Below, one piece after another: positions 62,075 to 64,000 of a stretch of DNA of 64,000 nt. The DNA is from Elsinoe ampelina (Eukaryota): positions 913,196 through 977,195 of the forward strand of contig ML992506.1 in the NCBI GenBank assembly GCA_010093995.1. Reading direction: 5' to 3'. Each line of letters begins with the position of its first letter. Within the stretch, counting starts at the first letter, position 1. The notes beneath the pieces are model-generated. The model saw only the letters and a program-made list of their open reading frames with translations, was not told where the DNA came from and did no database searches. The position numbers and the translations under genes were made by a program.

Positions 62075-62923
62075 TTCCCATATGAATGTATATTGCGGCT
62101 CTGTAGATACAAACGGCCATGTATTCTTACCGCCACATCGGTCGTATCCTGAAAACCCTGACCCCTTGATGCAGATGGGAATTAGCTGGGAATGCGCTTC
62201 AGCCCTACACAGATAAGCGCCGCCTTGAAAGCGTCGGGCCGACACGGTGCTGATTCTGGCTCGCGCGAACCACAAACGCTTGAAGGCTGGTGATCGGCTT
62301 CTGACCCTCTTCTGAACTCTTCACCGCTCATGGTCTGGCTCTGGCGTCATGGCTGCTCTTGAGCATTTCCATGGTCGAGAGCATGCAGGATCGCGACATG
62401 TGAAGGACGGTTCGTCGATGTGGTACATTGAATCAAGCATGACCTGCATAATCGCAATCAAATAAACAAGCATCTGGAACGCTCTTCCAATAGATATACC
62501 GTATCGAAACATGTGAAACCGAGCGCTGTCCACCTCGTTATCCCAACCGGCAGAATTCCCGGTCTATTATCTTCAACCAAGATGGACTTGCTGACCTTAT
62601 CGCGTTTGAAGGCTCTGCCCTTGTCACAGGGACCACATGGCGCCATCCATGCCAGAAATCTGTGCATTCGGCAAAGACCGAGAGATTTTCGGTGCATTTG
62701 CATTGACGAAAGACTGATCCTTGCTGTACGGGTGGATCTTCAAAACGACGCAACCATTTGCCAAGGCTGCATCTGACTCTTTGTTCACTTTTGACCCTAC
62801 TCCTACTCAGCTCACCTTGAAGGATCACTCTTATTGTATCTTGAAGAATACAGCCTTGCATGGGCTCTCAGTACTTCCACTCATTCATGCTACCATTGTA
62901 ATATCTGCGACGAGCACATCGAA

Positions 62924-64000
62924 ATGCTGTCGCAACCAAACAGGCACAAGACGCAATTGGAAGTAATGTACGCCGACGTCACTACCCAAACACAAAAAAG
63001 TTGGTTCTTGCTAACATGCCACTACAGTCCCGAAACTCGTTTCGTGGTTTTTCATGGAGACGAGCATACAGCTCCTGTCGTCAAATTGCGAGGAATTGTC
63101 CGGCTCGATGCTGGAGAGTCCATGAGCATCAAGGGAGTGAGGGTACGACTCGAGGGGAAACGAAGAGTAGCGTAAGGATCATACCGGTGAAACTGCAGGA
63201 GGAGCGAGAGGCTGACCTGTGTCACAGATGGTTCTACTCAGGAGGTGTCTCCGCAGGCGAAGTCACTGACAAACAGACCTTCCACCACGACGTAAAGAAC
63301 CTCGGCACAACTGGCACACACAAGATCAAGGCAGGAGTCATAGAATGGCCCTTTGAGTTCACCCTGGATCCAAGCATGCCTGAGAGCGTCGAAGGCTACC
63401 CTAGCACATGGCTTGTCTACAACCTACACGCCGATGTGGAGCGACCGTCTTGGAATCAGAAGGACCTACACGCCAGCACACACATAAGGATTGTTAGGAC
63501 ATTAGGATCAGACCAGATGGAGACGACTAGGTCTCGGACCAACGCCGATATTTGGGCGAACAAGATCAGCTATTCTATCAGCATACCATCCGACGCTGTC
63601 GTGTTCGGCACATCCATCACGGCCGAGGTAGATCTTGCGCCGATCAGGAAAGGCATCACATTGGGCAAGGTGGAACTGCGACTGATGGAAAACGTGACGA
63701 AGCGGATATCGACAGGAGGACATGGCGACTTCCGCGGTGATCGGGTCAAGACCGACGAGATCGAGGTCGCTAAGGAAGAGATGGAGTTCCCAGAACACTC
63801 GCGGATACTATTTGACGACGAGTCGCCGGACAACCCCATGATGGAGGACGAGAGATACTCGTTCAAGGCGAAATTGCCCTTGCCAAAGTCGCTCAAGCAA
63901 TGTCGGCAGGACGTCGACAGCCATTCGATCAACATTACACACAAGTTCAAGTTGATGGTCAACATTCACAATCCGGAGGGTCACACATCGCAGGTCGGTC
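62924..64000 (+). CDS. Alpha-arrestin of the CreD/ApyA/Rod1 type, 3'-partial; introns 62968-63027, 63172-63227 and from 63994
   Basis: FVVFHGDEH, WPFEFTL...MPESVEG, HIRIVRTL, IWANKISYSISIP..AVVFGT and HKFKLMVNIHNPEGHTSQ. Confidence 0.88.

Overview
Gene-dense eukaryotic DNA from a filamentous ascomycete (Pezizomycotina), judged from ~45-60 nt GT-AG introns with CTRAC branch sites and from gene content. I reconstructed 26 protein-coding genes by hand, joining exons that the ORF track splits. Metabolic genes: AGX1 (5'-partial), a HAD hydrolase, a TGL4-like patatin lipase, a secreted tannase, LYS12 and an SDR. Housekeeping genes: RPS11, SPC105/KNL1, mitochondrial AspRS, nudC and DNA polymerase kappa. 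Trafficking, ubiquitin and signalling genes: a divergent Ldb19/Art1-type arrestin, an ANTH adaptor, an FBXO31-like F-box protein, a PTH11-like receptor, a Zn2Cys6 factor head-to-head with the tannase, and creC next to a CreD/Rod1-type arrestin (3'-partial). Others: a secreted lysozyme-fold protein, a DUF1769-like protein, a long SQ-rich coiled-coil protein and several uncharacterised proteins. I found no tRNA, rRNA, CRISPR array or recognisable transposon. The most striking unexplained signal is about a dozen strand-symmetric C-rich-to-G-rich skew inversions. They run through codons, introns and one gene-free interval, regardless of gene orientation. Family assignments come from recognising motifs by eye, not from database searches.
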